Shown here piece by piece: positions 23,546-31,961 of a stretch of DNA of 37,643 bases (positions are counted from its first letter, which is position 1; every line of letters begins with the position of its first letter). The stretch is from a virus, in IMG/VR virus record IMGVR_UViG_3300043958_000061, positions 1 through 37,643 of that record. The stretch is one strand, 5' to 3'. Under the pieces are notes generated by a model that ran no database searches, was not told where the DNA came from, and saw nothing but the letters and a program-made list of their open reading frames with translations. Position numbers and translations under genes: made by a program.

Positions 23546-24454
23546 ATGGCTATTACGGCCGCAAAAACTACTGCGGATTTTTCCGGGTTTATCAAGCCTG
23601 AACAGGCTGGATTCATTTTCGAGGATGCTAAAAAGCAGTCTGCTGTAATGCAGCTTGCTACGCAGCAGCCATTGGGGGCTTCCGGGAAAGAATTCCCCAT
23701 TGTGACTGGGAAGCCGGTCGCGAACTGGGTGTCTGAAGCGGGACAAAAGCCCTCAACTGAGGCGTCCCTCGGTTTGATTCCGATGAAGCCGAAGAAGCTT
23801 GCAGCCATCGCGGTAACGTCCGCTGAGGTGGTCCGGGCTAATCCCGGAGGCTATTCCGAGAAGCTTCGCGAGCTGCTGGCTGAAGCGTTTGCTACCGCAT
23901 TCGACCTGGCAGCAGCGTATAACGTTGGCGGAGATGGGACGGGTACCGGCCCGTTTGACCACTATTTGGCAGAAACGACTAAGTCTGTGACTCTTGGCAC
24001 AGGTGGCACGCTTTATGACGATCTCGTCTCTGGTGTAAGTCTGCTGCTCACAGGGAAGAAGAAGGCGCGCGGGTTTGCTTTCGATTCGGCGGTAGAAGTC
24101 GATTTCCTTGGGGCTAAGGACACCAACGGGCGACCGCTTTTCGCCGCTGCTGAGTACACGGATTCGGCGGAGTCCGTTCAGCGTGGTCGTCTGCTGGGAC
24201 GTACCTCCTACCTAGAGGATGACTTCGCTCATGGGACGACGGTCGGATTCTTGGGTGACTGGTCGAAAGCTGCTTGGGGAGTTGTTGGTTCGGGGATTTC
24301 CTACGACGTTTCTACTCAGGCGACAGTCACTATCAATGGTGCGCTTACGTCTTTGTGGGAGCACAATCTTGTGGCGGTGCGTGCAGAAGCTGAATACGGT
24401 TTTGTTGTCGCCGACACTGAAGCGTTCGCTAAGTTTGTCCGTTCGGCAGGCTGA
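23546..24454 (+). CDS. Major capsid protein (HK97-fold type)
   Basis: 302 aa with the strong RBS CAGGAGGAGCATT. Position and composition are typical. Confidence 0.85.
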   Translation: MAITAAKTTADFSGFIKPEQAGFIFEDAKKQSAVMQLATQQPLGASGKEFPIVTGKPVANWVSEAGQKPSTEASLGLIPMKPKKLAAIAVTSAEVVRANPGGYSEKLRELLAEAFATAFDLAAAYNVGGDGTGTGPFDHYLAETTKSVTLGTGGTLYDDLVSGVSLLLTGKKKARGFAFDSAVEVDFLGAKDTNGRPLFAAAEYTDSAESVQRGRLLGRTSYLEDDFAHGTTVGFLGDWSKAAWGVVGSGISYDVSTQATVTINGALTSLWEHNLVAVRAEAEYGFVVADTEAFAKFVRSAG

Positions 24455-24456
24455 TC

Positions 24457-24612
24457 GTGAGCGTGAAAGAGGCGCAAGTTGAGACGGTCACTTTGCTGAG
24501 CCCGCAAGGTTCGAATGTGACCGTCTCTGCGCGCGATGAGCAACGCTTTCTCTCTTGCGGGTATTCGAAGGTGAAGCGGACGTCTACGAGAAAGACGGCA
24601 ACGGCAAAGTGA
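24457..24612 (+). CDS. Small conserved-position protein after the capsid gene (51 aa; below the track cutoff)
   Basis: My translation is VSVKEAQVETVTLLSPQGSNVTVSARDEQRFLSCGYSKVKRTSTRKTATAK. It fills the gap between the capsid and adaptor genes. Confidence 0.45.
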   Translation: MSVKEAQVETVTLLSPQGSNVTVSARDEQRFLSCGYSKVKRTSTRKTATAK

Positions 24613-24625
24613 TTGGGGGTCCGCG

Positions 24626-25042
24626 ATGGCGTACGCGCTGGTATCGGATGTTGCGACAACGCTTGGCCGCGCAATCACTGACGCGACAGAGGTTGATCAG
24701 GTAAATGCGTGGATTTCTGACGCTGAACTGATTATCCGTTCTCGCTTAGGAGACCTTTCCGCTCTCGACGCTGACGTGCTGCGCCTCGTCATCAAGGAGG
24801 CTGTAGCTCGTCGGGTACGGAATCCGGACGGTAAAGATAATGAGCGTATCGACGACTATTCCTATGGGTTAGTCGAAGATGCGAAGAAAGTCGGAATCTC
24901 GATTACCGATGAGGAATGGGCGATGCTTTCCCCTGATAAATCCTCGTCGGGAGCGTTCATGCCTGCTGCTACACCGCAATGGTGGAGCGGTGGGCGTCCG
25001 CGTCATTATCCGTCGGTGTTGGAACGCGAGGGGTGGGGCTGA
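24626..25042 (+). CDS. Head-tail adaptor (gp6-like connector)
   Basis: MAYALVSDVATTLGR...VNAWISDAELIIRSRLG pattern and position. Confidence 0.7.
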   Translation: MAYALVSDVATTLGRAITDATEVDQVNAWISDAELIIRSRLGDLSALDADVLRLVIKEAVARRVRNPDGKDNERIDDYSYGLVEDAKKVGISITDEEWAMLSPDKSSSGAFMPAATPQWWSGGRPRHYPSVLEREGWG

Positions 25043-25416
25043 TGGTTCTACCGGTTGTTATCGCGGGACGTCGTGCTGCGGATAGACTCATGACTTCCTC
25101 GTGTGAGATCGTTCGCCTCACTGCTGGTGAGGATGAGGACGGTCTCGACGTGACTACCGAGACCACGATTTATGCGGGCCGGTGCAAGGTTCAAACCTAT
25201 GAGCCGTATGAGTCGAATCTCGTCATTGTTGGGAATCCGGTAACACAACAGCGGTATCAGCTTCACATCCCATGGGGTGCTGCCGTCCTGCAGGTCGGTG
25301 ACATTGCCCGCGTGGAGGGCCGTGCACGTCCGCTGCGGATTGTCGCATTGCTTGATAAGACACATGCGACAGCGCTACGTGTCGCGTGTGAGGAGGTGTC
25401 TAATGCCAACGGTTGA
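25042..25416 (+). CDS. Head closure / head-tail joining protein
   Basis: 124 aa. ATG 25042 overlaps the upstream stop. Called by position. Confidence 0.6.
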   Translation: MVLPVVIAGRRAADRLMTSSCEIVRLTAGEDEDGLDVTTETTIYAGRCKVQTYEPYESNLVIVGNPVTQQRYQLHIPWGAAVLQVGDIARVEGRARPLRIVALLDKTHATALRVACEEVSNANG

Positions 25417-25786
25417 TATTGACATGCACGAGGTTCGGGATCTCGCTGCCGACTTCTCGCAGATCCCTGGCGAGCTTGCCCGCCACGCCATCCCGGTCGT
25501 TGAGAAGGCCGCGATGAACGTAAAGAAGCAGTTGATTGCCGAGATGCGGGCATCGAAGCATTTCAAAGGCTTCGCAAAGATCTCATACGATCTGACCTCA
25601 GATTCGGGTGGGATTGTTGCTGAAATCGGCCCTACCAAGGATGGTCCTGGCGCGGGTGCGAACCTCGCCTATTTCGGAACATGGAAAGGCGGCGGTACGG
25701 TGCCGGATCCACGCGGCGCCCTCGAAGCGGAATACCCGAATCTAGAACAGCATTTGGCTGATCTAGCTGAGGAGTTGTTCGGATGA
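25403..25786 (+). CDS. Tail-completion (HK97 gp10-like) protein
   Basis: 127 aa. The RBS AGGAGGTGTCTA precedes ATG 25403. Called by position. Confidence 0.6.
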   Translation: MPTVDIDMHEVRDLAADFSQIPGELARHAIPVVEKAAMNVKKQLIAEMRASKHFKGFAKISYDLTSDSGGIVAEIGPTKDGPGAGANLAYFGTWKGGGTVPDPRGALEAEYPNLEQHLADLAEELFG

Positions 25787-26208
25787 GCCGCGCACACTAC
25801 CGGGCGATCGAGGCACACCTCAAGGAGCTGATCCTCTCAGGCAAGACGGTCCCCGGGTTTCTCGGAGACCCGCCCGCCAACACGTCCCTGCCCTACACGT
25901 TCATCACGCCGGTGCCTGCTCCCGCGCATGCGGAAAATGTGGCAGGCAGCAGGGACGTTCTCGATGCCTATTTCAACGTTACGTGCGTTCACACTACAGC
26001 AAACAATTGTTTGGCGTTGACTGAAGCGATGCGGGGACTCCTCGACGATTGGACGCCTGTAGTTGACGGGTGGCTGACCTTCCCCCTCAAACCGGTAGAC
26101 GCACAACCGGTTCAAACATCCACCTCTGCGATGGAGATGGATTCAAACACCTACCCCCGCTGGTCGGTCACACAATACCGACTCCAAGCATGTAAGGAGA
26201 ACAACTAA
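25783..26208 (+). CDS. Tail terminator-like protein
   Basis: 141 aa, ATGA-coupled, directly upstream of the major tail gene. Confidence 0.55.
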   Translation: MSRAHYRAIEAHLKELILSGKTVPGFLGDPPANTSLPYTFITPVPAPAHAENVAGSRDVLDAYFNVTCVHTTANNCLALTEAMRGLLDDWTPVVDGWLTFPLKPVDAQPVQTSTSAMEMDSNTYPRWSVTQYRLQACKENN

Positions 26209-26720
26209 TGCTCACACTCTATGACAAGCATATTTCGTTACGCGTGATGGCCGGGACGCTCGCCGACATTACCGACTTCGACCCGGAAGCCCCCAAGATT
26301 TCTAGCTTCCCGGCACTTGAAGCATCGAAGCTTATGGCAATGTCAGGTTTCGTGCTCGGACCCTCGGGATCGGATTCGGGGTCTGACCCCGCCGTGAACG
26401 GTGACCCGAACCAGTATTTCGGCACATCCGGATACTCGGGGACGCTAACCCCGTACCGGTATTTAGACGATAAGGGAGTCCCTGTTGTCACCGAGGATAC
26501 GTTATGGCCTCTCGTGGTGGCGAAGGGCTCGAATCTGGTTTTGTTCCTACGTGAAGGCCCAGGCTGGGATTCGGATCCTGTGGCGGGGCAGGAAGTTTCG
26601 ATCTTTGAGGCGACGACGGATGACCCGCAGCCTGGTGACCGTTCAGGGTTCATCAAGTATTCGGTTCCTCTTGCGATCCAGAAGGCTTACCTGCACAAAG
26701 TGATCGTTGCAGACGCCTAA
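26208..26720 (+). CDS. Major tail protein
   Basis: 170 aa. It lies before the chaperone pair and is followed by a stable hairpin. Confidence 0.7.
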   Translation: MLTLYDKHISLRVMAGTLADITDFDPEAPKISSFPALEASKLMAMSGFVLGPSGSDSGSDPAVNGDPNQYFGTSGYSGTLTPYRYLDDKGVPVVTEDTLWPLVVAKGSNLVLFLREGPGWDSDPVAGQEVSIFEATTDDPQPGDRSGFIKYSVPLAIQKAYLHKVIVADA

Positions 26721-26727
26721 TTTTCTT

Positions 26728-26769
26728 CCTCGGTGCTGGTTCTTTCTGGCCTTTCTGCCAGCACCGAGG
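26728..26769 (+). terminator. Stable hairpin after the major tail gene (attenuator / mRNA stabiliser; no T-tract)
   Basis: 12-bp perfect stem CCTCGGTGCTGG / CCAGCACCGAGG with an 18-nt loop. Confidence 0.4.
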
Positions 26770-26819
26770 ACCCTCCCCTAGAAAGACCAAAGAACAAGCG
26801 TTGTGAAAGGCGAAGAACA

Positions 26820-27332
26820 ATGACTACACCCACACCTGCAAGCTATGGCGACGCGAAAGAAACCGCGCCTATCGATCCGCAGAGCTTCGATCTTGCCACG
26901 TGGATCGAGGGAGTGAACCCCGTCCGGCATGCGGTCACGATTTATCAGCGCGGTGACCTCGTCGCAGATCTGGACGTCGTGAAAGCACGGCTGAATAACG
27001 CGAAACTTGCGAAGAACTCGAAAGAAATCGCTGCGCTGACGAAGCAGGCGCGCGACATTGTCGAAATTATTGAGCAGTCCTCCCTCGACGTCGTTGTTGA
27101 GGGCTGGTCTGAGGACCGCGTGAAAGCTTTCCGAGAGCCTCTCAAAGAGCAGGGCCTATCAGATGAAGAGGTCACTGTCAGGCAGGTGGCGGCGCAGGTG
27201 GTTTCGCCAGAAGGTTTCACGGCAGAGTTTTATCAGACGCTGCTTGGCGTGATTCGTCCGCAGGCTGAGGCGATTGCTGCGGCGGCATTTGCAGCTAATG
27301 TGCGGGTGCCGGTGGTCTCGGTCCCTTCCTGA
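26820..27332 (+). CDS. Tail assembly chaperone (G-like)
   Basis: 170 aa between the major tail and tape measure genes. The RBS GAAAGGCGAAGAACA precedes ATG 26820. Confidence 0.75.
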   Translation: MTTPTPASYGDAKETAPIDPQSFDLATWIEGVNPVRHAVTIYQRGDLVADLDVVKARLNNAKLAKNSKEIAALTKQARDIVEIIEQSSLDVVVEGWSEDRVKAFREPLKEQGLSDEEVTVRQVAAQVVSPEGFTAEFYQTLLGVIRPQAEAIAAAAFAANVRVPVVSVPS

Positions 27333-27733
27333 CGGAGTGCCTGGACCTTCCAAAGAACGACTGGATCGTTCAGGCACTCCGCACCGCGAAATCGTGGGGA
27401 CGCAGGCCAGTCGAGTTTCTAGGAGGCCTTGCGGGTCCACGATGGACGCCACGGGACACACTGCTAGCGATGGCCCTCGACGAGTATGAGGCTACACGGG
27501 TGGGATACGGCGGGTTCCCGAAGCGTCTGACTGAGGATGAGGCGCAGGACGGCGAATTCGATGTGGATTCGACGACAGATTACGCGAAGCTTGCGTGGGA
27601 TGAGTGGGAAGCGCAGGAACGCAAACGCAAAGGTGACCCACAACCCGGTTTGGTACACCGGCTCGTATGGACGGGCTACCGGCGCGCGTCAGCCATCACA
27701 GGTGGCCCACAAGACAGCGCTAGTTCTTCCTAG
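27299..27733 (+). CDS. Tail assembly chaperone -1 frameshift extension (T-like part of a G-T fusion)
   Basis: The -1 frame is closed by TAA at 27296-27298, then open from 27299 to the TAG at 27731-27733. It overlaps the last 11 codons of the G frame. Confidence 0.65.
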   Translation, partial: CAGAGGLGPFLTECLDLPKNDWIVQALRTAKSWGRRPVEFLGGLAGPRWTPRDTLLAMALDEYEATRVGYGGFPKRLTEDEAQDGEFDVDSTTDYAKLAWDEWEAQERKRKGDPQPGLVHRLVWTGYRRASAITGGPQDSASSS

Positions 27734-27899
27734 CGTAGATGAAATGGTTCACCATCATCAGGATCCCTCCTACGAGGATGATCCCGAGACCGTTACCTGT
27801 CGCGCCGTTACTGAGCGCGAATAGCCCCGCGATCACCGCAATAATCCCCAGCATGAAAAGCGGTGCCAAAAATTCGTTTTTCTTCGGCTGCTGCGGCAT
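27720..27899 (-). CDS. Antisense small membrane protein (59 aa, two TM helices) inserted between the chaperone and tape measure genes
   Basis: MPQQPKKNEFLAPLFMLGIIAVIAGLFALSNGATGNGLGIILVGGILMMVNHFIYARKN. It exactly fills a 220-bp gap in the + strand operon. A G8 run lies just upstream of its ATG. Confidence 0.6.
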   Translation of the reverse strand: MPQQPKKNEFLAPLFMLGIIAVIAGLFALSNGATGNGLGIILVGGILMMVNHFIYARKN

Positions 27900-27953
27900 A
27901 GCCCCCCCCAAGAAATTCGCGGATAAACACAATCGTATACCGGAGGTGCATCC

Positions 27954-30785
27954 TTGTCCCAAGAAAGATCGATCAAGGTTACCTTCCGTACTAATGTCGC
28001 GGACTTCAAACAGCAACTAAAGTCAGCCTCGACGTCTCTCGAGGACCTCGCCGCTAAGGGAGACAAGACCGGCAAGGTCGCTCAGACGCAGCTGGGCAGG
28101 CTCGCTCAGTCCGCCCAACTACAGAAGGAAGCCTGGGCTACTGTTTCCACGGGTCTCGCCGCTTATGGGGCTGCCGCGACTGCACTCGTAGCTGTAGCGG
28201 TGAAGAAGTTCGCTGACTTCGACGAGGCAATGAGCGGAGTCCAGGCAGACACGCAGGAGTCCGCCGCGAACATGGAGCTGCTGCGGGCGGCAGCTATCCA
28301 GGCGGGCGCAGATACCGCATATTCGGCAACTGAGGCCGCTGGCGCAATCGATGCGCTCGCGAAAGCTGGTATTAGCACTACCGATATACTGTCCGGCGGG
28401 CTTGCTGGGTCGTTGAGCCTTGCCGCCGCTGGTGGGCTTGAAGTTAGCGATGCCGCCGAGATCGCCGCTACCGCGTTGACGCAGTTCAAACTTTCAGGGC
28501 AGGACGTCAATCACGTCGCTGACCTTCTTGCGGCAGGTGCCGGTAAAGCGCAGGGTGATGTGTCTGACCTGTCGATGGCGCTCAAACAATCGGGGTTGGT
28601 TGCCTCGCAAACTGGCCTCTCAATTGAGGAGACCACCGGCGCATTATCAGCATTTGCGTCTGCTGGGCTCCTCGGGAGCGATGCCGGCACAAGCTTCAAG
28701 TCCATGCTGCAGCGGCTCACTCCACAGTCCAAAGAGGCGCAGACGCTTATGGACGAGTTGGGGATCTCTGCTTATGACGCGCAAGGGAACTTCGTGGGCC
28801 TCGCGTCTTTCGCCGGGAACCTGCAAGATTCGTTGAAGGGGCTGACCACCGAGCAACGCAACTCCGCGATGGCTACGATCTTCGGGTCTGACGCCGTGCG
28901 TGCGGCGTCGGTGCTTTACGATCAGGGTGCTGACGGGATACAGGAATGGATCGACAAGGTTGACGATTCCGGATATGCGTCTCGCGTCGCCGCGCAGAAA
29001 ATGGACAACCTGAAGGGCGACATTGAGAAGCTTTCGGGGTCACTCGAGACTGCTTTTATCAAAGCGGGTTCTGGCGCGAATGACATGCTGCGGCAGCTTG
29101 TCCAGTGGGCAGATTCTGCCGTTGATTCCTTCTCGCGGCTACCAGCCCCGGCCCAACAGGGCGTCATCGGCCTTGTGGCGCTGACAGGTGCCGCCGCCGG
29201 CATTGTAGGTATCGGCATGAAGGTATTCACCTCTCTCGCCGATATGCGTACCGCGATGGATTCGTTGAATCTGTCTGGTGGGAAACTCGAATCACGCCTG
29301 AAGACGACAGCCAAAGTACTCGGAAAGCTGACGACTGCGGCTACTGCCTACGGCATCGCATTGAATGTCCTCGATAATGATTGGCAGTCGAGCGCAGAGG
29401 GCGTCGAGCAGTTCAACAATCAGCTGGCGACTACTGGGAAGATCGATATTTCTAAGGCGTTCGCTGGGGTGAATGATGGATATTGGGGACGCCAGGCTAT
29501 CGATGTCGATAATTTCAGTGAGGCTTTACGTTCAGCGGCGGATCCCGGTTTTTGGGAGCAGGTCGACAACTCAATTACGTCCTTTTTTGGTTCAGTAGAT
29601 ACTGCCTCCTTGAAATCTCAACAGCAGTTCAAAGCTATTGGTGAGTCGCTCTCTGAGTTGGCTTCAACAGATTTGGCGTCTGCGCAGTCCGCATTTACGG
29701 AGCTGTGGGAGGCGGCAGGTGGGGATGAGGCTTCGGGTGCAAAACTGCTTGAAGTCATGCCGGCGTATAAGACGTCTTTGACGGAGTTGGCGACGGAGCT
29801 TGGTCTGGCAGCTGATGACACGACACTGTTGCAGCTGGCGAATGGTGATCTCGAAACGGGGTTGGACGGTACTAGTAGTGCCGCTGATGGGACGTCTTCC
29901 GCCATTGATTCGGTTACCGATTCCGCCGAGTCTGCTACGGATGCGATGGACGAGTATGTACAGTCATTGAACGATGCGGCTGGTGTGCAGCTTGACTTGT
30001 CGGATGCGCAGATGCAGTGGGAGGCGGCGATTGATTCCGCTACTGACGCACTCACCGAGAATGGACAGACCCTCGATATTACTACCGAGGCTGGACGGAA
30101 TAATCGGGCTGCGCTGGATGATATGGCTTCCTCGGCGTGGGACCTTGTCACGTCGCTGTATGAGGTTGATGGCGCGTCTGCTGATCTTGAGGGCACGATG
30201 CAGACGGCGCGGAATGCGTTCATTCAGACGGCCATACAGATGGGGATGACGCAAGCTGAGGCTGGAGAACTTGCCGACAAGTACGGGTTGATCCCCTCCA
30301 ACGTTCGCACGACCGTCGAGGCGTCCGACAACGCGTCGGGCACGATCGCTTGGATCAAGCAGCAGCTGATCGAGCTGCCGAATCACAAGACGATCACTGT
30401 GGAGACGAGGCAGATCGGCCGGGTCGGCGTGGGAATGGCCGCGTCGACGTATACGGTTGGTGGTGCGGTGTCTGGTCCGGGCACGGCGACGTCGGACAGC
30501 ATTCTGGCGCGCCTATCGAATGGCGAGCATGTCCTGACGGCGTCGGATGTGCAAAAGATCGGTGGACAGTCCGCGGTGTATCGGCTCCGGGCGGCTATCC
30601 AGGCCGGGATGGTGCGGTTTGCTGATGGTGGCGCTGTTGGCGGCTCGTCGCTCGTGTCCCCGAAAGTCATGGTGTCAACCACACCGACGATCTATGTTCA
30701 GAACCCGTTCACAGGAAAGTACCTGCTGGCGCAGGTGGATCGACGCGCTGAGAATATCGCGGTTGACGTGGTGAATGCGAGGTGA
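27954..30785 (+). CDS. Tape measure protein
   Basis: 943 aa, Ala/Gly-rich with hydrophobic central segments, located after the chaperones. The TTG start is 5 nt after GGAGGTG. Confidence 0.9.
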   Translation: MSQERSIKVTFRTNVADFKQQLKSASTSLEDLAAKGDKTGKVAQTQLGRLAQSAQLQKEAWATVSTGLAAYGAAATALVAVAVKKFADFDEAMSGVQADTQESAANMELLRAAAIQAGADTAYSATEAAGAIDALAKAGISTTDILSGGLAGSLSLAAAGGLEVSDAAEIAATALTQFKLSGQDVNHVADLLAAGAGKAQGDVSDLSMALKQSGLVASQTGLSIEETTGALSAFASAGLLGSDAGTSFKSMLQRLTPQSKEAQTLMDELGISAYDAQGNFVGLASFAGNLQDSLKGLTTEQRNSAMATIFGSDAVRAASVLYDQGADGIQEWIDKVDDSGYASRVAAQKMDNLKGDIEKLSGSLETAFIKAGSGANDMLRQLVQWADSAVDSFSRLPAPAQQGVIGLVALTGAAAGIVGIGMKVFTSLADMRTAMDSLNLSGGKLESRLKTTAKVLGKLTTAATAYGIALNVLDNDWQSSAEGVEQFNNQLATTGKIDISKAFAGVNDGYWGRQAIDVDNFSEALRSAADPGFWEQVDNSITSFFGSVDTASLKSQQQFKAIGESLSELASTDLASAQSAFTELWEAAGGDEASGAKLLEVMPAYKTSLTELATELGLAADDTTLLQLANGDLETGLDGTSSAADGTSSAIDSVTDSAESATDAMDEYVQSLNDAAGVQLDLSDAQMQWEAAIDSATDALTENGQTLDITTEAGRNNRAALDDMASSAWDLVTSLYEVDGASADLEGTMQTARNAFIQTAIQMGMTQAEAGELADKYGLIPSNVRTTVEASDNASGTIAWIKQQLIELPNHKTITVETRQIGRVGVGMAASTYTVGGAVSGPGTATSDSILARLSNGEHVLTASDVQKIGGQSAVYRLRAAIQAGMVRFADGGAVGGSSLVSPKVMVSTTPTIYVQNPFTGKYLLAQVDRRAENIAVDVVNAR

Positions 30786-31471
30786 GCATGGTGAAGGCAT
30801 GGATCGCAGCTCACACGGGGCTGCCCAGTTTCTATACGGACGCGCCTGTGCGAGTCATGTGTGGGGATCGTGTGATTGCAAGCGGGTCCGCGCAGGCGCT
30901 TGTTTCTGATCCTCTTGCTGAGCCTGGCGTCCCGACAACCTACCAGGTGGGTGACGAATCAGTGACGCTAACGCGGCCCCTCGGGACGCCTGGGACGGCG
31001 ATCCTCACAGACGATACGGGACGCGGAGTCTCTGGGTTGATCTATGTGGATACCGGAGACCAGGAGAACTACTCCCCCGAGGTCACGCAGTTCAACCCCT
31101 TCGTCACACGCTGGGCGATGACAGATCCCGCCTACACGGGTTCGGGAACGTTCACGCTGAAAGACCCCTCCAAGCGTGGCCAGGTGGAGGAGTTGCTGCG
31201 TCGGCATCGTGCCCTGATTGTCGGGCCTGCTGCACCGTCTCCTGGGATGGGTTTGCGGCGTGTGATTGTGACGCAGGTGCAGCGGACCAGGTATGCGGGA
31301 GGGGCCCGGATACGGTTTGAGGTCTCGTGGTCTGAGGCGAGGCTTTCGGATCGGGAGGCGTGTGGGGCGCCTGTGGTGACGTGGGGTGAATACGCCGCTG
31401 CTAGCAGCGGAAAGTTTACCGGAGAGTCTTATTTAGAGGTTTGTCAACGGATCGCCGGGATGCCGGCATAA
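30782..31471 (+). CDS. Minor tail protein (distal tail protein position)
   Basis: 229 aa. The GTG start overlaps the tape measure stop. Confidence 0.65.
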   Translation: MSMVKAWIAAHTGLPSFYTDAPVRVMCGDRVIASGSAQALVSDPLAEPGVPTTYQVGDESVTLTRPLGTPGTAILTDDTGRGVSGLIYVDTGDQENYSPEVTQFNPFVTRWAMTDPAYTGSGTFTLKDPSKRGQVEELLRRHRALIVGPAAPSPGMGLRRVIVTQVQRTRYAGGARIRFEVSWSEARLSDREACGAPVVTWGEYAAASSGKFTGESYLEVCQRIAGMPA

Positions 31472-31488
31472 CCGAAAGGAAAAGAACC

Positions 31489-31725
31489 ATGGGTATTCCT
31501 GCGATGAAGGAATCGATCTGGGAGGCTGCTGCCGCTCGGCGTGAGTTTGATGAGTGGAAGGCGGGCGTGGATCAGCGGCTCGGGGCTCTTGAAGCCGACG
31601 TGGCGGCGGCCCAGGCGCAAGCATTGAACGCCCAAGCCACCGCCAACGCGGCATGTGCGGAGTTAGAAGCAAAACTCGAAGAGCTTATTTTGATCTCCGC
31701 CGGTGAAGTATCGTCCGTTATTTAG
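31489..31725 (+). CDS. Small coiled-coil protein
   Basis: 78 aa, MGIPAMKESIWEAAAARREFDEWKAGVDQRLGALEADVAAAQAQ.... The RBS GAAAGGAAAAGAACC precedes it. Confidence 0.5.
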   Translation: MGIPAMKESIWEAAAARREFDEWKAGVDQRLGALEADVAAAQAQALNAQATANAACAELEAKLEELILISAGEVSSVI

Positions 31726-31894
31726 ACCGTATCAAGATCTCTAGCTGGCCGATTGCTTCGGCGATGTCCTTCTGCCCATTTTGTAGCTGTGTGATCATTT
31801 CGAGTGGATTTACAGCGGTTTCGGATAGTTGGGCGGTCTTAGTTCTCTCGTTCAATGCATCTATCAGTTTGCTGGTGATGGGTATGTCCGTCAT
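31718..31894 (-). CDS. Antisense small ORF (58 aa; below the track cutoff) in a lower-GC gap of the tail module
   Basis: My translation is MTDIPITSKLIDALNERTKTAQLSETAVNPLEMITQLQNGQKDIAEAIGQLEILIRSK. It fills most of the 236-bp gap 31726..31961. The RBS is weak and purine-rich. Confidence 0.4.
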   Translation of the reverse strand: MTDIPITSKLIDALNERTKTAQLSETAVNPLEMITQLQNGQKDIAEAIGQLEILIRSK

Positions 31895-31918
31895 CGGTTT
31901 TCTTTTCGTGTGAGTAAT

Positions 31919-31945
31919 CCCCTTCTTCGTTGGAGGGGTTTTCTC
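31919..31945 (+). terminator. Terminator-like hairpin just upstream of the next tail gene
   Basis: CCCCTTC-TTCGTT-GGAGGGG followed by TTTTCTCATT. Confidence 0.35.
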
Positions 31946-31961
31946 ATTCTAGGAGGTTGGT

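Noticed and set aside
29618-30223. 201-aa minus-strand ORF inside the tape measure gene, with others at 28163..29314
   Set aside because: These are Ser/Ala-rich antisense shadows of an Ala/Gly-rich gene.
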